Shown: positions 11,319-23,748, counted from the first letter of the stretch. The stretch is 40,361 nucleotides of DNA from Geosiphon pyriformis uo1 (GCA_016748015.1 JAAOMT010000048.1:1-40361), one strand, 5' to 3'. A program made the numbers and translations. Notes: generated from the letters alone by a model not told the origin.

Positions 11319-13220
11319 GAATCTAAAATTAATTTGTTTGAAAAATTTTACAGTAATTATTTAAAGTTTTAAGATTTTGTTAATTGAATCTGACTTGTTA
11401 TACAACTTTATTCTTATTATTACTTAAATAATATAACCAAGTTAAACTTGTTAACATATCTTTTATAAGTACTGTTCTTACTTAATTTGCCTTATTAATT
11501 AAAATATCTTTTCTATTACTCGAAAACTTTAAAATTTTTGAAACAACTTTTAATGATACAAATAAAGTTTGCGTTTTAGCTAATTTTTTATGTTACTTTT
11601 ATTAAGAAAATTGTTTTGTTATAATATATATTACTAAATTTTGTTAATTAAAGAGAGAAACTTTGATAAAATAATTCTATTTTAATTTTTCAGTTTTTAG
11701 TAATAGATTAATTAATATTTACATTATATAATAATTTAATTTTAATTAATACAACTTATTTTAAGTCTTTTATAGAAGCTAGAAATTAAATATTATTAAA
11801 TCAACAATTTTTTGTTTATATTATAAAGACATTAGTTAAATTGTTTACTAATGTTTTATTAAATTAAACAATAAAGTTATTACAGTTTTATTAAAAAATA
11901 ACTCAATTTAGACGTAATAAAACTAAGTATTTAAATATTTATATTTAGATTTTTAGTGTTCAAAACTCTGTTGATATAATAAATCAAATTTCTTATTTGT
12001 TTTAATTTTACCTTAAGTTCCAATTTTAAATTAAAGTTTTTACCAAGTTTATATTTTAGTTTTAAGAAAAGATTAAGTTTCAGTCTTTGTTTGGATTCTA
12101 GTTTTAATTTTGTGTTATGTTTAAATCTTATAAGTATTTTGTTTAAATTTCTGAATCAAGTTTTAGTATTATTATAAAAACATTCATTAATTCTAATAAA
12201 ATTTTTTGTTTTATTAATAAAGTGTTTATAAATTTACATGATATTCCAGTTGCAAAAAACGGCATTTTATTTTATTAAAATTTATTAATAATTAGTCAAT
12301 TGTCTTTGAAAATATTAGCTATAAAACTCAAAAATGGTTTTTTTTATTAATAATTACTAAAAAAAATTGGTTTCAATATTATTATTCTGAACCTACTATA
12401 GTTACAATTAAATAATTTTTTAATTTATTAATAATTTTGAAAAGTTAAATTTGCCAATGTCTTGAAAGTAATAATTATTTGTTATTCAAAAAAAACTATT
12501 AAATTTTTTTAGACGTCTCAACTATATTATAAACAGTCTAAACTAATTTAGCATTTGTGTTTTATATTATGCCAGTAGAAAAAACAAAGTAAAATTTGTT
12601 AAAAAATTTAAATTACCAGATAAATATTAAGAATATGTTAATGTATTTAATAAAAGAAAAGTTAATTTGCTTTTCACATATTGTTTGTGAAATTGTCTTA
12701 TTAATTTAAAAAAAGCTTAACCACTTTTATTTGAATCTATTTATAATTTTTCTAAACCAAAATTTAAAAAAGATTTATTTATTATTTTAAATTTTCAACG
12801 GATGCTTTAATATTGTTTATTAAAAAGAAAAATAGTTTTTTAGACTTTATGTTAATTATTAAAGCCTTAATTAAATTATTAATAATAATTATTATCTATT
12901 GTTTGTAACTTCAAACCTATTAGATTAATTACATTTTGTTTAAATGTTTGCTAAAATTAATCTTTAAAATCCTTATAATCTGGTACATATGTATAAAGAC
13001 AACAAGTAAAAAACAGCTTTTTGAACGCATTACGATTATTTTAACTATCTAGCTATGTCATTTGGTTTGAAAAATACATCTATTGTGTTCTAATATTTGA
13101 TGAATAATATTTTTAATAATTATTTGAATCAGTTTATTGTCTATTATCTTAATAACGTTCTTATCTATTTCAAAAATAAAAGAATTATGATAAACATATA
13201 TGTTTGTTTTTAAATAGTTG
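11319..13220 (+). mobile_element. Hypermutated Ty3/Gypsy LTR retrotransposon relic (gag to reverse transcriptase) inside an AT-rich block of about 10150-13500
   Basis: The gag remnant ESKINLFEKFYSNYLKF*DFVN*I*LVIQL from 11319 corresponds to EPKISLPEKFDG..KFRGFVNQIRLVIQL. The RT remnant from 12613 reads LPDKY*EYVNVF...ILFIKKKN..LRLYVNY*SLN...K*KTAF*THYDYFNYLAMSFGLKN...YYLNNVLIY. The catalytic YLDD appears as YLNN at 13145-13156. No RNase H or integrase is recognisable after it. Confidence 0.9.
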
Positions 13221-13736
13221 TAAAAGTAATTAGCCAATTGCAGAATTATTAAATTTAATCATAAAAAATCAAATTTAAAAAGTAATTTTTATTTAAAATA
13301 AAAATTAGTTTCAGTGACTTATAAAAATTTCAGCAAAATCTTCTAAAAAAATTTTTTGAAACATTCAAATTGTAATAAATTTTTAATTATTAAAAAATTC
13401 AAAATATTATACAAATTAATTTAATTATTGCATTTAATTATATTTGTAAATTTTTACAGATTATATTATTGAAAATAAAATAATTTAAATGAATCAAATA
13501 ACTAGTAACTAATAATATTAGTTTCTACCATGAACATAATAATATTTAATACCATCCATAACAAGATAAATAAACACAAGTGTTACCGATAGTTTATAAT
13601 AATTGAATACATAAATATCTTTATATTATCTATTATAGTTTACAACATGTCACGATATGTATATGTGTTGCAAATCACAATTATCCTTAATCAAAATTCG
13701 ATAGGGATATGGCTAAAATTAGGGTTATAGTTAGAA

Positions 13737-14101
13737 TTATTGTTGGAAGAATGATTGATATTTAGGTTTGGGGCACGAAACTACACATCTCAATTGTCCA
13801 TGAGGGTAAATTTGTAATTCAGGGCACAACATATATCTGTCGTTTGGCAAATGATTATTATTACAAGCTTGCCAAATAACTTCTAAAATTATGAGGTCAT
13901 CAGATATGAATAACAATGCATTTGCTCTAAGACTACCCAAGCAAAATGTACATACTCACATTTTTGCTTTTGCCAGCATCTAATCCATAAGACACGCAAG
14001 TGCCATGGTGTCAAGCAGTTAGTTGTACGGAAAAATCCACAAGTTTTACTTGTGGATTCTGTGGTCACATTCATTTCAATAGGAATATTAATCGTGCTCA
14101 T
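13737..14101 (-). pseudogene. Possible remnant of a small Cys-containing gene of unknown identity
   Basis: Coding-like composition with a clean GTGAGT...TTTTAG intron and a last exon VIWQACNNNHLPNDRYMLCPELQIYPHGQLRCVVSCPKPKYQSFFQQ*. Splicing in the upstream ORF frame creates TAA, so no intact model was found. Confidence 0.2.
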
Positions 14102-14533
14102 AGCATTCTCCTTTGCTATCTTACTATAAATGAGGTCTACCCCGTTATAAAACTTACATATTACGTAAATTGGTAATATGAAATTTAATTAGAAATGTAT
14201 AGGTTTTAACATAGGCTATGCACACATATGTGAACGATGAAAGCTATCGAGTTAGTTTTTTAAATTCTTAAATGCTTTATTGAAATATATTTGGCGGAGT
14301 AGCATTAAATGCATATTTTGAAAACTGAAAAGGCGATAAAGAAGGATGATGTTTTTGTTTTTCAAGAGATTTGGCGGTAATGACACAAGAATAATATTGT
14401 CTTGCAATAAAAGGGATCTATAATAAACCAACAGCTCGAAGAATGATCATGAGGCAATCTCTATCTTTTTTCTAAATTATTCCCCATGATATGAGATGTC
14501 GTGTACACGACCTTCAAAAACGAATCCAAGTTC

Positions 14534-15874
14534 TCAAGCAAGATCAAAAAGGGAGTTTACAATACCGAAAAAAAATATTCCGATAAATGTGAAATAGGTG
14601 CAATAAAAATTTTCTGGGTCATAGGATCGAGCCAATGGTAACATACCATGCAAAACTGTGTAAAGCAATATCCCGGTGACTATCGAAAACAGGATTCCAG
14701 AAACCCCTTCGTTCCAATATGAGACGAAAACAACGTAGCCGCATAAAGCACCTAACATAGTTGAAATTGCCCCAGCTGCAGCAGCAATTAGGAATGCCTG
14801 CCATTTTGATCGAGTGGCGTAGTAGATAGGTAAGGAAATGACGAGTCCTTCAGGCAATTTGCTAAAATAAAAATAAATAATTTGACATATAAATAAATTT
14901 AAAGTGAGATATTTTATATAAAAAACAAAGCATGTCATTAAAAAAACAGATATTTATTACTGTAAGATGAGAGCAATCGCATAGACTGTGCCGATACGAG
15001 TAGACGCGATTGTTGTGGTGAACAAGGCTAATCCTTCAGGAAAGTTGCTAAAAAAGTAAGTGAACAATCAGATTAAAAAAGATAAAACAACAAAAGAGGA
15101 TCTAAAAATATCAGAATATGACGATTCAAGTACATACTGGATCACTAAAGCAAGTGTAATTTGAAGGCCAAGACGTCGTAGTCTTGCTGCATCATATTGT
15201 GTGGCAGCGAGGTTTTCTGGTAACTCCAATTTCGATTGCTTTTCATCACCATTGTTATTAGATGTGGGCGAAGGACCTGACTCATTTAAAACAACAGCGA
15301 TCTCGCTATCATGACTATGATCATGTTGAAATATTTTCGGCAAATATCTTTTTGCCAAAAATATCAAACATACCGTCAAGATAAAAATAGCTGTAGCTAC
15401 AATGGAACTGTACTTTTTGTCGAACCAGCCTGATTCACGAAAAGAATTTCCAGCTTCTGGAAATAAATCGCCCAATGAAAGATTCAATAAAATACCAGCT
15501 CCAAGAGCTAGTGAGCCCGCCATAAATCCTTTGGATGTTGTAATCCGAAATTCCTTAAACCATGAAAGGTAAGGAAAGAGAGAGTCCAAAAAAGGGATGG
15601 CTGACCCAAGGACACAAGCTACAGCAGCGAGAGCAGTTAGCCCAAATCCAAGTTTAATATTTCCTTGGGCTATTGTTTCTTTACTCGAATCTTGGAGGAA
15701 TACGGAAGGAATTTTTGATTGATCACTAAGATTTGATTCATTATCTGACAAACCACCATGTGCATATATTGTTCTTGGGAAAAGTATCAAGAGCAAAAGA
15801 TATAACAAAACAGCATAAAGAGAGTGATTTTTTGCTCTTACAAAATTAAATAAATTCATATATATGGTCGTCAT
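14534..15874 (-). CDS. ZIP-family zinc/iron transporter (ZupT/GufA-like), 3 exons, about 383 aa
   Basis: Exons 15874-15138, 15047-14961 and 14861-14534 with GT-AG introns. Splicing restores the signature motifs VIHNFPEGL and ILHKLPEGL. There is a His-rich loop (QHDHSHD), multiple TM segments and an N-terminal signal-like segment. Confidence 0.93.
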
Positions 15875-16667
15875 TATAGTGACTTTAGAAGGTGTTTAGT
15901 GTTAAGGTTGTAGCCGTCAATAATTTTAATTGAGCATGAAAAGGCTTTTACAAAAACTGAACAAGAGAAAGGAGAATATTATTAATATACTATGCTCGAA
16001 AAAATGCAGCATAATGAGTACCCCAAAAGTTGTCGGGCTGAAAATTTCAAAGCGTCATACCACCCAGAATAGGAATAGGCGACCGAGTACTAAAGCGAAA
16101 GAATATATCGCTGGTAACACTGAATCACGGGTGAAATGAGTACCCGAGAAGTTACTGAAAAAAATCGTTTCTTTCATAAAATATTAATTATAAAACTGGT
16201 AAAGAGTTATTTGTTCACAAATTTTACTTTTATTGCGTGTGTAACTTGTTCACAGATAATTTGAAAACGCGCAGTTGAAACAAATACACAAAATTTTCGT
16301 AAACTTTTAAAAAAGAGGAGAGTTTTATGTAATCCAACTACCTTTACAAGATCTAATAGCAAAGATCTGGTCTTTTTAAATAAAAGTTCTTACCAACTGT
16401 GTCAGATGAACTAACCCATTCTATCACTAATGCCAATAGTATCTGGACACATATAGTCAATCTTGAGACAGGGTGTCTTTGAAGAACCTCTAAAATCATG
16501 ACCATTTTGATATTGGATTAATATAATATTTGATAATATTTGAGTTGCCTATTGATTGGTTTCCAAGACTATATGCCAAAATTTGCAAAATATAAGATTT
16601 TAAGTAAAGAAAAAAGCAAAAATACAAAGACTTTGAAATTTCTCTTGAAAATTATGGTTTAAAGGTA

Positions 16668-18082
16668 CAGAGGGTGTCCAAAAGTTTCCGAACAAACTTT
16701 GGAGTAACATTCCACATGCTTGAATAATTAGAAAAGCACGAGTTTATTACTAAATTAAGTTAGTTAATTATTTAATTACGCGTTTTTTATTTTTTAAACA
16801 CGCGTGTATAATGTTTTTTCGCAACACGCATAATCGATTTTATTCATACTCGTTTTTTTATAAAAATGAAATGTAACGTGCATATAAAATTTTTTCGTCA
16901 TTTTTATTAAAACAAAATGGGAGCAAAAAAAGATTTAACGATTGCTCAGTGTAATACTATATGCTTATTACAACAGCATGGCAAGAAATATCGTGATATT
17001 GCCAACATAGTCAATTGCAGCTTGACAACAGTTTCGGATACAATAAAACGATTTAAAGAAACTGGTTCAATTGATTCAAGACCTCGTTCAGGACGTCCAC
17101 GTTTATTTACTCACCAAAAATATCGCCGACTTAAACGTTTAGTAACACTTAATGGAAAAAATCGTCGTTTATGTATTGCAAATATACGAACTCTTTGGAA
17201 ACGAAAAACAAAGCAAACTATTTCTCTTAGAACTCTTCGGCGTGCTCTTAAATCGGTTGGATTACGAAATCGTTATGCAAGAAGGAAACCTTTAATCTCA
17301 CCAGCAAATATAGCAGCACGTCTTGCTTGGTTTATTAAACATCAAAATTGGACAAATCAAAAATGGGCAAGAGTATTATGGAGTGACGAATCAACTTTCT
17401 CTCAATTTCAACACAATCGGTCTAGTAAAGTATGGCGTGAACCATCTGAAGAATGGCAATTGTCTTGTGTATCAGCAACAGTCAAACATAGTACAAGTCG
17501 AATGTATTGGGCTTGTTTTTCACGACAAAACATTGGACCAATTGTACCATTATATCAAACGGTAAATGGTACTAGACATGTTGAAATTCTTAACCATTAT
17601 GCCTTACCAACTTTACACCGCATGTTTCCTAAAAACAATGGATGGTTTCAAGAAGATAATGCTACCCCTCATCGATCAAAAACTGCCAAAGAATTTCATA
17701 GCAAAAACAAGTTACGTATTCTTTCTTGGCCTCCTCAAAGTCCAGATCTCAATCCAATTGAAAATTTATGGGCTATAGTAAAATGTAATATTCGTAAAAA
17801 AGAAAAACCGCCAATTACTCTTAAAAAACTTGAAAAGTGTGTTAAAGAAGCTTGGAAAGCAATTCCTAAATCAACGATTATAAAATTAGTTGATAGTATG
17901 CCTCGACGTATTCAAGCAGTAATTATAGCACAAGGAGGACCAACAAAGTATTAAAAGCTTAATAGAAAATTTAGAAAATTACTATAAAATTATAAATATG
18001 TTGTTTATTTTGTTTCATTTTATAAAAAAATAAATATTATTGTTAAATAAAATCTTGTTCGGAAACTTTTGGACACCCTCTG
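16668..18082 (+). mobile_element. Intact Tc1-family DNA transposon (1415 bp)
   Basis: Perfect 28-bp TIRs CAGAGGGTGTCCAAAAGTTTCCGAACAA at 16668-16695 and 18055-18082. TA target-site duplication at 16666-16667 and 18083-18084. Intact transposase inside. Confidence 0.98.
16917..17954 (+). CDS. Tc1-like DD34E transposase, 345 aa
   Basis: N-terminal HTH with a GRPR linker. Catalytic motifs WSDES, FQEDNA and SPDLNPIEN, with 34 residues between the second D and the E. C-terminal GGPTKY. Confidence 0.97.
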   Translation: MGAKKDLTIAQCNTICLLQQHGKKYRDIANIVNCSLTTVSDTIKRFKETGSIDSRPRSGRPRLFTHQKYRRLKRLVTLNGKNRRLCIANIRTLWKRKTKQTISLRTLRRALKSVGLRNRYARRKPLISPANIAARLAWFIKHQNWTNQKWARVLWSDESTFSQFQHNRSSKVWREPSEEWQLSCVSATVKHSTSRMYWACFSRQNIGPIVPLYQTVNGTRHVEILNHYALPTLHRMFPKNNGWFQEDNATPHRSKTAKEFHSKNKLRILSWPPQSPDLNPIENLWAIVKCNIRKKEKPPITLKKLEKCVKEAWKAIPKSTIIKLVDSMPRRIQAVIIAQGGPTKY

Positions 18083-20158
18083 TATCAGTTAAAAACTCAT
18101 ATAGTTCAATGAAAATCCGTATATTAGTTTTCAAAACCTCTTGATAATTTAAAATAGTCCAATAAAAATTAAAGAATTTTATTGAACTTGTGAATTTGAA
18201 TTATGCGCCAGGCTGCAAGTTAATTACCCTTTGGATCTTATTTGATTTGGATTGAAAAAGTTTTATATATGCTAATTTTTTTAGTCACACACTTTATATA
18301 TCGATATTGTTACTTTTTATAACATAATCCCCTAAAATGTGGCTTTTTTGAGAAATCAAGCATTCTCGTTCTTTTATTGATAACCAAAGATGTCCTGTAT
18401 AAAGAATTTGAAATTTTTTATGAAATAATAATGATACATGTAGTAATCAATAAATTGTTTTTTTTTTTCAAGAAAATTCTTAAACATGTGTCATGCGGTC
18501 TATTATTTATTAAGACGCTTAATAGCATAGAAGCTAAAAGAACATGTATAAACGATTTACATATTATGAGAATCAAAAAATTACCTACTAAAAATTTTAA
18601 TGACCAATATTTAGAAGTGAGAACCTAAAAATTTTGATTTCATATTGTAAAGCAAAGCAAAAAATATGTGTATTAGATTATTGAAAATTTATTAAATTTA
18701 AAAAGTGTTTATAGTATTTTCAGCTGAGAATTGCTTTGTTATTATTTCTGATTAGAGTTTTTTTATTAAAGTTCAAACAAGTTTCAAAACTTGATACATA
18801 AAGGAAAGGGTATGTAAAACATGAAAGAAATTTTCAAAAAAGTGGTTCAAAAAGTTTGATTCAAGTTCTATCAATAAATGTTAACTCATAAAACATTTGA
18901 TAAAAACAGGACTTGTTTAGATGGCTCCTGAATTTACTCTAACAGGAAGGTGACCTTTTCATGCAAGTTCCTATCTTATTTGGGTCAATTGAGCTGCCAC
19001 TTTAGCAAAAACTAATCGTTATCTGAAAATTTATTCTTATCAGACAATTGCATGAAAATTCATAACAATTTGGGCTTTAATGTAAATAGATATAGCAGCC
19101 AGTAATGATCCTGAGAATTTTGAATTATAGCTGATTCACTTTTAGTATGGTTTTGATTGTGAAAATAATTGGACTTCCAGTAATGGGAATCTAACATAAA
19201 AAACCTAGATTTCAGGTTTCTTACCATATTTTTTCCATTCAAAAACTTCGGGACATATATCCAAGTAATTTATTAGAACAAATCATATTCAATTTTTTCG
19301 ACTGAATTATTAAGCAATGCCGAATGATTGTGGGTCCGTTATGAAGGTCAGCGTGAATAAGATTGGTTTCAAAAATATGACAAAGTCAATATTTATTGCC
19401 AAACTGGGGTCTTGAAATGAAATAAAATTTTGAAAATAGTTTTTTAATGAATGAAAATACCTACAAAAGAAAAGATATTGCATTAGTAAAAATACTTATT
19501 CCTTGGGGTATTGCAAGAAAAGTAAGCTAAAGAGGCTAGTAAAAGTTGCTTTAATTACAAAAATTAAAGTCCTATGAATTTATTGAATCAAATATAACAG
19601 ACTCGAAAAGTTAAATATATCAAACTACAGGGTTTTTAATATACAAAATATCAATTACCTAAATTATTTCATAGTTTTCATAAAAATTTTAAATTTTACT
19701 GGTTTTTAATGACCATATTACTGCAATAAAATGAATAATTAGCAATCTATTTAAATAGATTGAAAATTTTATTTTTACTTTTAATATATGTACAAATGAA
19801 AAATATTTAAATAAAGATGTTATTTGAGTCTAATTAAAATAATTGGTTCTCTCATTAATTTTGCTCGAGAAAGCTTTATTCCAATTTAATATTATCTGTC
19901 ACTATGTGTCAACATGATTATCAAGTCTGTTCGTAGGCAAAATTTTGGTTCCCTAAAAAGTAAATTAAATAGAAAGGGATTTTAGAAAAGAAAAAAAACA
20001 ATTTAATTGCATAATATATCAACTATTTTCATTCTTTTGATTTCATCATCCCACCCCCAGAGTTTATTAAATAACTAAATTTCAGGATTCTAGTAGCAAA
20101 ACTGTGGTTTAAATGAGTATAAATATTTGGCAAGTGTTTAATTCTCAAGCACTTCATA

Positions 20159-20978
20159 ATGGTACGAGAAACTATGGAAAAAAACATCAACCCACACTTT
20201 TATTTCGATGGTGATCTGATAATTAATTTCCACGGAGTCCCTCAAAAGTCATTCAAAGTTCACCGCAATGTTTTGGAGTTATCCTCCCCAGTTTTCAAAG
20301 AAATTATTCTTTTCTACCCCCCCCCCCCTAACTCAAAATACTAGAGGATTTCCCGTTTTAACGTTACATGAATCACCAGAACATGTGGAGGATCTTTTAT
20401 CCTTTATTTATCCGGCCTCATATTTGTCCATCAAATGGGAAAACATTTCATATATGCTTTCTCTAGCAATTAAATATGTAATAAAAGGCCTGAAAGAAGC
20501 TTGTGAAGAATTTCTTGACCGGTGTGCGCATGAATAACCGCTCTTATTCTTGCAGATCAATACAACTTTCCAACTGCATTCAAAAAATCATCTAAACTCG
20601 TGCTTGAAATACAGGGAATAAGTCGATTTCCAGACTCTTTCCTTAAAAGCTCGAAATAAGTTCCAAAATAGATATATTGATTTTGTGACAGCAGTCGGAA
20701 AGTTACCGATACTTAGTAAGAGCCTTCCCGCTTTTACAGGCAATGACGTTAAAACGATATTCCAACAGAGGGTTAATGAAATCTTGAAAAGTGCTGGAAT
20801 TAAACCCTCAGAATTAAGAGCTTCGCTTTTGGACCCGCATTTGGAACGGGGTTATAGCTATGTGGCATTTAGACCTGAACAAATCTCACAGCACTCTGGA
20901 CAATTCGAAAATTTGAATGCTCATTTCGGTGAAAACTCTGATGCTTTTTACATTTTTGTTGAATTATCATCTAATTGA
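20159..20978 (+). pseudogene. BTB/POZ-domain protein pseudogene (paralog of 25009-25887)
   Basis: HFYFDGDLII..FKVHRNVLELSSPVFK and LHESPEHVEDLLSFIYPASYL match the intact paralog. It has a frameshift at a C12 run (20317-20328), in-frame TAA at 20535 and 20619, and small deletions. The C-terminus FENL..FYIFVEL matches FEKL..YIYIEL. Confidence 0.85.
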
Positions 20979-21460
20979 TGGATGTTAAGGCTTCTTATTC
21001 TCATGCTAAAGACAAATCTTGACTAAATTGGAACGTTCTTTAAAAATCCTTTTTATCATCCGGTTTACAAGAGAAAATATTCACTTATGAAAGCTGAAAA
21101 GATCAATTTTAATTGCTTATAATTGGGGCAATACTAGTTGCAAGGCTGATTTTGAATTGATGCATGCATGTGCTATGTTTTATCGTCACTTTGTGAAATT
21201 GAAGAATCGGGGTCTTTTGATTTCAAGAAACTGACTAGAACCACCCTGTCATATTCATTATCACATTACTCATATATTTCAATAGCTTATCTTAACCTAA
21301 TTTTAAGTTTATATCATTATATGACCTAGATAGCTAAAATAAAAGCTTGAAAAGAATAAAAAGGAATATTTTTTGAAAAAACAAGATATAAGTCTGGGAC
21401 AACCTAACCAATTCGGGGCCGATTTGCATTCTGTTAAAAAAAAAACCTTTGAAATTTCGG

Positions 21461-21714
21461 GTTTCCAAGACAGAAATGCAACGCCAAGCCGTATTATATT
21501 TGTGGAAGGAGGGTATAGAAAGTGCAAGCTCGAAAAAACGTCCCTCTCACCACAATCTATTGCTTATTAAAAAGCTAGAAGAAACAGGAACAGTAAACCA
21601 TGCGGGTGGAAATGGATGGATATTACCCGATCTACCCTAATCAGGTTAGCAGGATCGATGAAGCGGCGTTGCGAACTAATTATAGAAGGAAATGGTAATC
21701 GAATTTCCTATTAA
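21461..21714 (+). mobile_element. Internally deleted Tc1/mariner transposase relic
   Basis: An N-terminal HTH-like segment (SKTEMQRQAVLYLWKEGIESA...IKKLEETGTVNHAGGNG) is fused directly to a transposase C-terminus (ITRSTLIRLAGSMKRRCELIIEGNGNRISY*). The DDE core is missing and TIRs were not found. Confidence 0.7.
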
Positions 21715-21991
21715 AAAGATTTAAATATAAACTCTGGTTTTTTAGCCTTAAAAATAAGATATTTTTTATTTAATTTGATTTTTTAATTGAGATATTAAAG
21801 CCATTTAATTAATTTCTATTTTTTTTTGTATATTTTTTAAAGTAAAACGTCGCGAAACCTGTTAAAATATTCGTAATGAGTGGATAACATGATTTGAAAT
21901 ACGTAGATAATGATTTAAGAAATATTAAGAATTTCGACCAGCGTATATTTTATAAAAATGTTTTTACTTGATCAATTAGTACAGCCAAGAA

Positions 21992-23748
21992 TCAACAATT
22001 ATCCTTCTCTTTTGCAAAATTTCCATTTGAAAGTTCTTCCAATGATCGACCTTTTGTTTCTGGTATAAAAGTAGTGACTAAAAGTCCAAGCAACATGAAG
22101 AATGCAAATAGTTGCAAGAGATGAGGCATAAATTCATTGGGACCTCCAATGTCTTTAAGTTGAGAAAATCCAATTTGGGAAACAATTGCACCCAGTTTTC
22201 CAGAAGCTGCTGAAATACCATGACATGTAGACCGATATCTTGTTGGAAAAACTTCTCCAGGTATAATAAATGTTGTTGTATTTGGACCAAAATTTTGAAA
22301 GAACTTGAGGCAATTGATAGAATATAAGTGTTAATTATTAGAGAAAATTATAACATTCAAGCCATAAACTTATAAAATTTACCTGAGACAAAGTGAATAA
22401 AATAATGAATAATACAGTCGAGGATGATATAATGATGTTGTACAAGAAGCCGAGAATGAGAAATAGTAGAGTCAAAATGCTGAACCCCAAAATTTGAATT
22501 CGTTTACGACCCCATGAATCAATCAAGAAAACCGTAAACCAATAGCCGGGTACCGTCCCCATTACTGTGATAATCAAATTTCCCAGGGCGATTCTTTGAA
22601 GAGTTTCATAGGCATTTGAGCCCCCAGAATAACCAATGGCATTCAAGATAATTGCATTATTCAACCCAAGACCATAATATGCGATATCAACGCAAAACCA
22701 AGCGACCGTCGTTCCAACCAAAACTTTACCATTTCTCCATTTACCAAAATATTCGCAGAATTCTTTAAATCCGCTTTTAGGAGGCTCACCAGGACGAACT
22801 GAAACATCTGGATTTCTTTCATGCTCTGCTTGTTTAACAATCCCCTTAACATCCATAACATAACGAGGAGTTTCCGAGATTGTAAGACGAAAGTAAAGTG
22901 CAATAATGGCCGGAATTATACCAAGCCCAATAATCAGCCGCCAGCAGTAATCAATATACATCGCATCTCTCCTTATATCATCTTTGTAAATGGCCAAGCT
23001 CACGACCGAGACAATAGTGCCAGCTAATATCCCAAAGCCTTGCATGGCAAACACAGAAGCCATCATTGCACCCCTTCTCGCGGTTGTTGCATATTCGGAT
23101 GTGATAACAGCAGATAACGGATAGTCACCACCAACTCCCAGACCTAAAATGAAACGCCAAAAGATGAGCGTGCCATAAATCCGAATCGCAAATGATTCTG
23201 CTGCCAAGGCTGACCCGATAGTTGCAATTATAATGAGAATTAATTCTACTCCATAAATCTAAAATATTCAAGGAAAAAGTAATAGACAGAAAAGACAAAA
23301 TCTTGGTAAATTCAAAGGTTTCTAAAGTCAAATAAAAATTACAATTTTCATTTAAAACAACATTTACTCGTTTACGACCAAAATGATCTGCCAAAAACCC
23401 GAATAGCAATTGTCCAATAAAAGTGCCAATTGCGGCTGAACTTTTTAATCCCAAATCGATATTGTTTGGCACTACATTATCCTTATCAGCAAAATATATA
23501 TATCCAAGCATAGCGGAGACAATGTTAATTGCAAATAAATCATACGCATCCGTAAAAAATCCGATTCCAGCTATCAAAGAAGTCCGAATATGGAACCAGC
23601 CAAAATTTTCATTATTCATCTCTGCAAGTGTTCCTCGTCGTCTTTGATGGACTTTTTGTGATTCAGGTAATTGAATTTGGTCGATCAGGGGATCATTCTT
23701 GTGTTCCATTTCCACATATTCTGTATTTGAGTTTTTTAATTGGGACAT
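21992..23748 (-). CDS. PHO84: High-affinity inorganic phosphate:H+ symporter (MFS, PHS family), 3 exons, about 522 aa
   Basis: Exons 23748-23368, 23258-22383 and 22303-21992 with phase-0 GT-AG introns. Motifs GFFTDAYDLF, DHFGRKR, GGDYPLSAVITSE, ETPRY, FFQNFGPNTTTF and PETKGRSLEE. Confidence 0.96.

Noticed and set aside
20317-20328. C12 tract as a phase-variation switch for the BTB gene
   Set aside because: Additional nonsense codons and deletions downstream mean slippage alone could not restore the protein.
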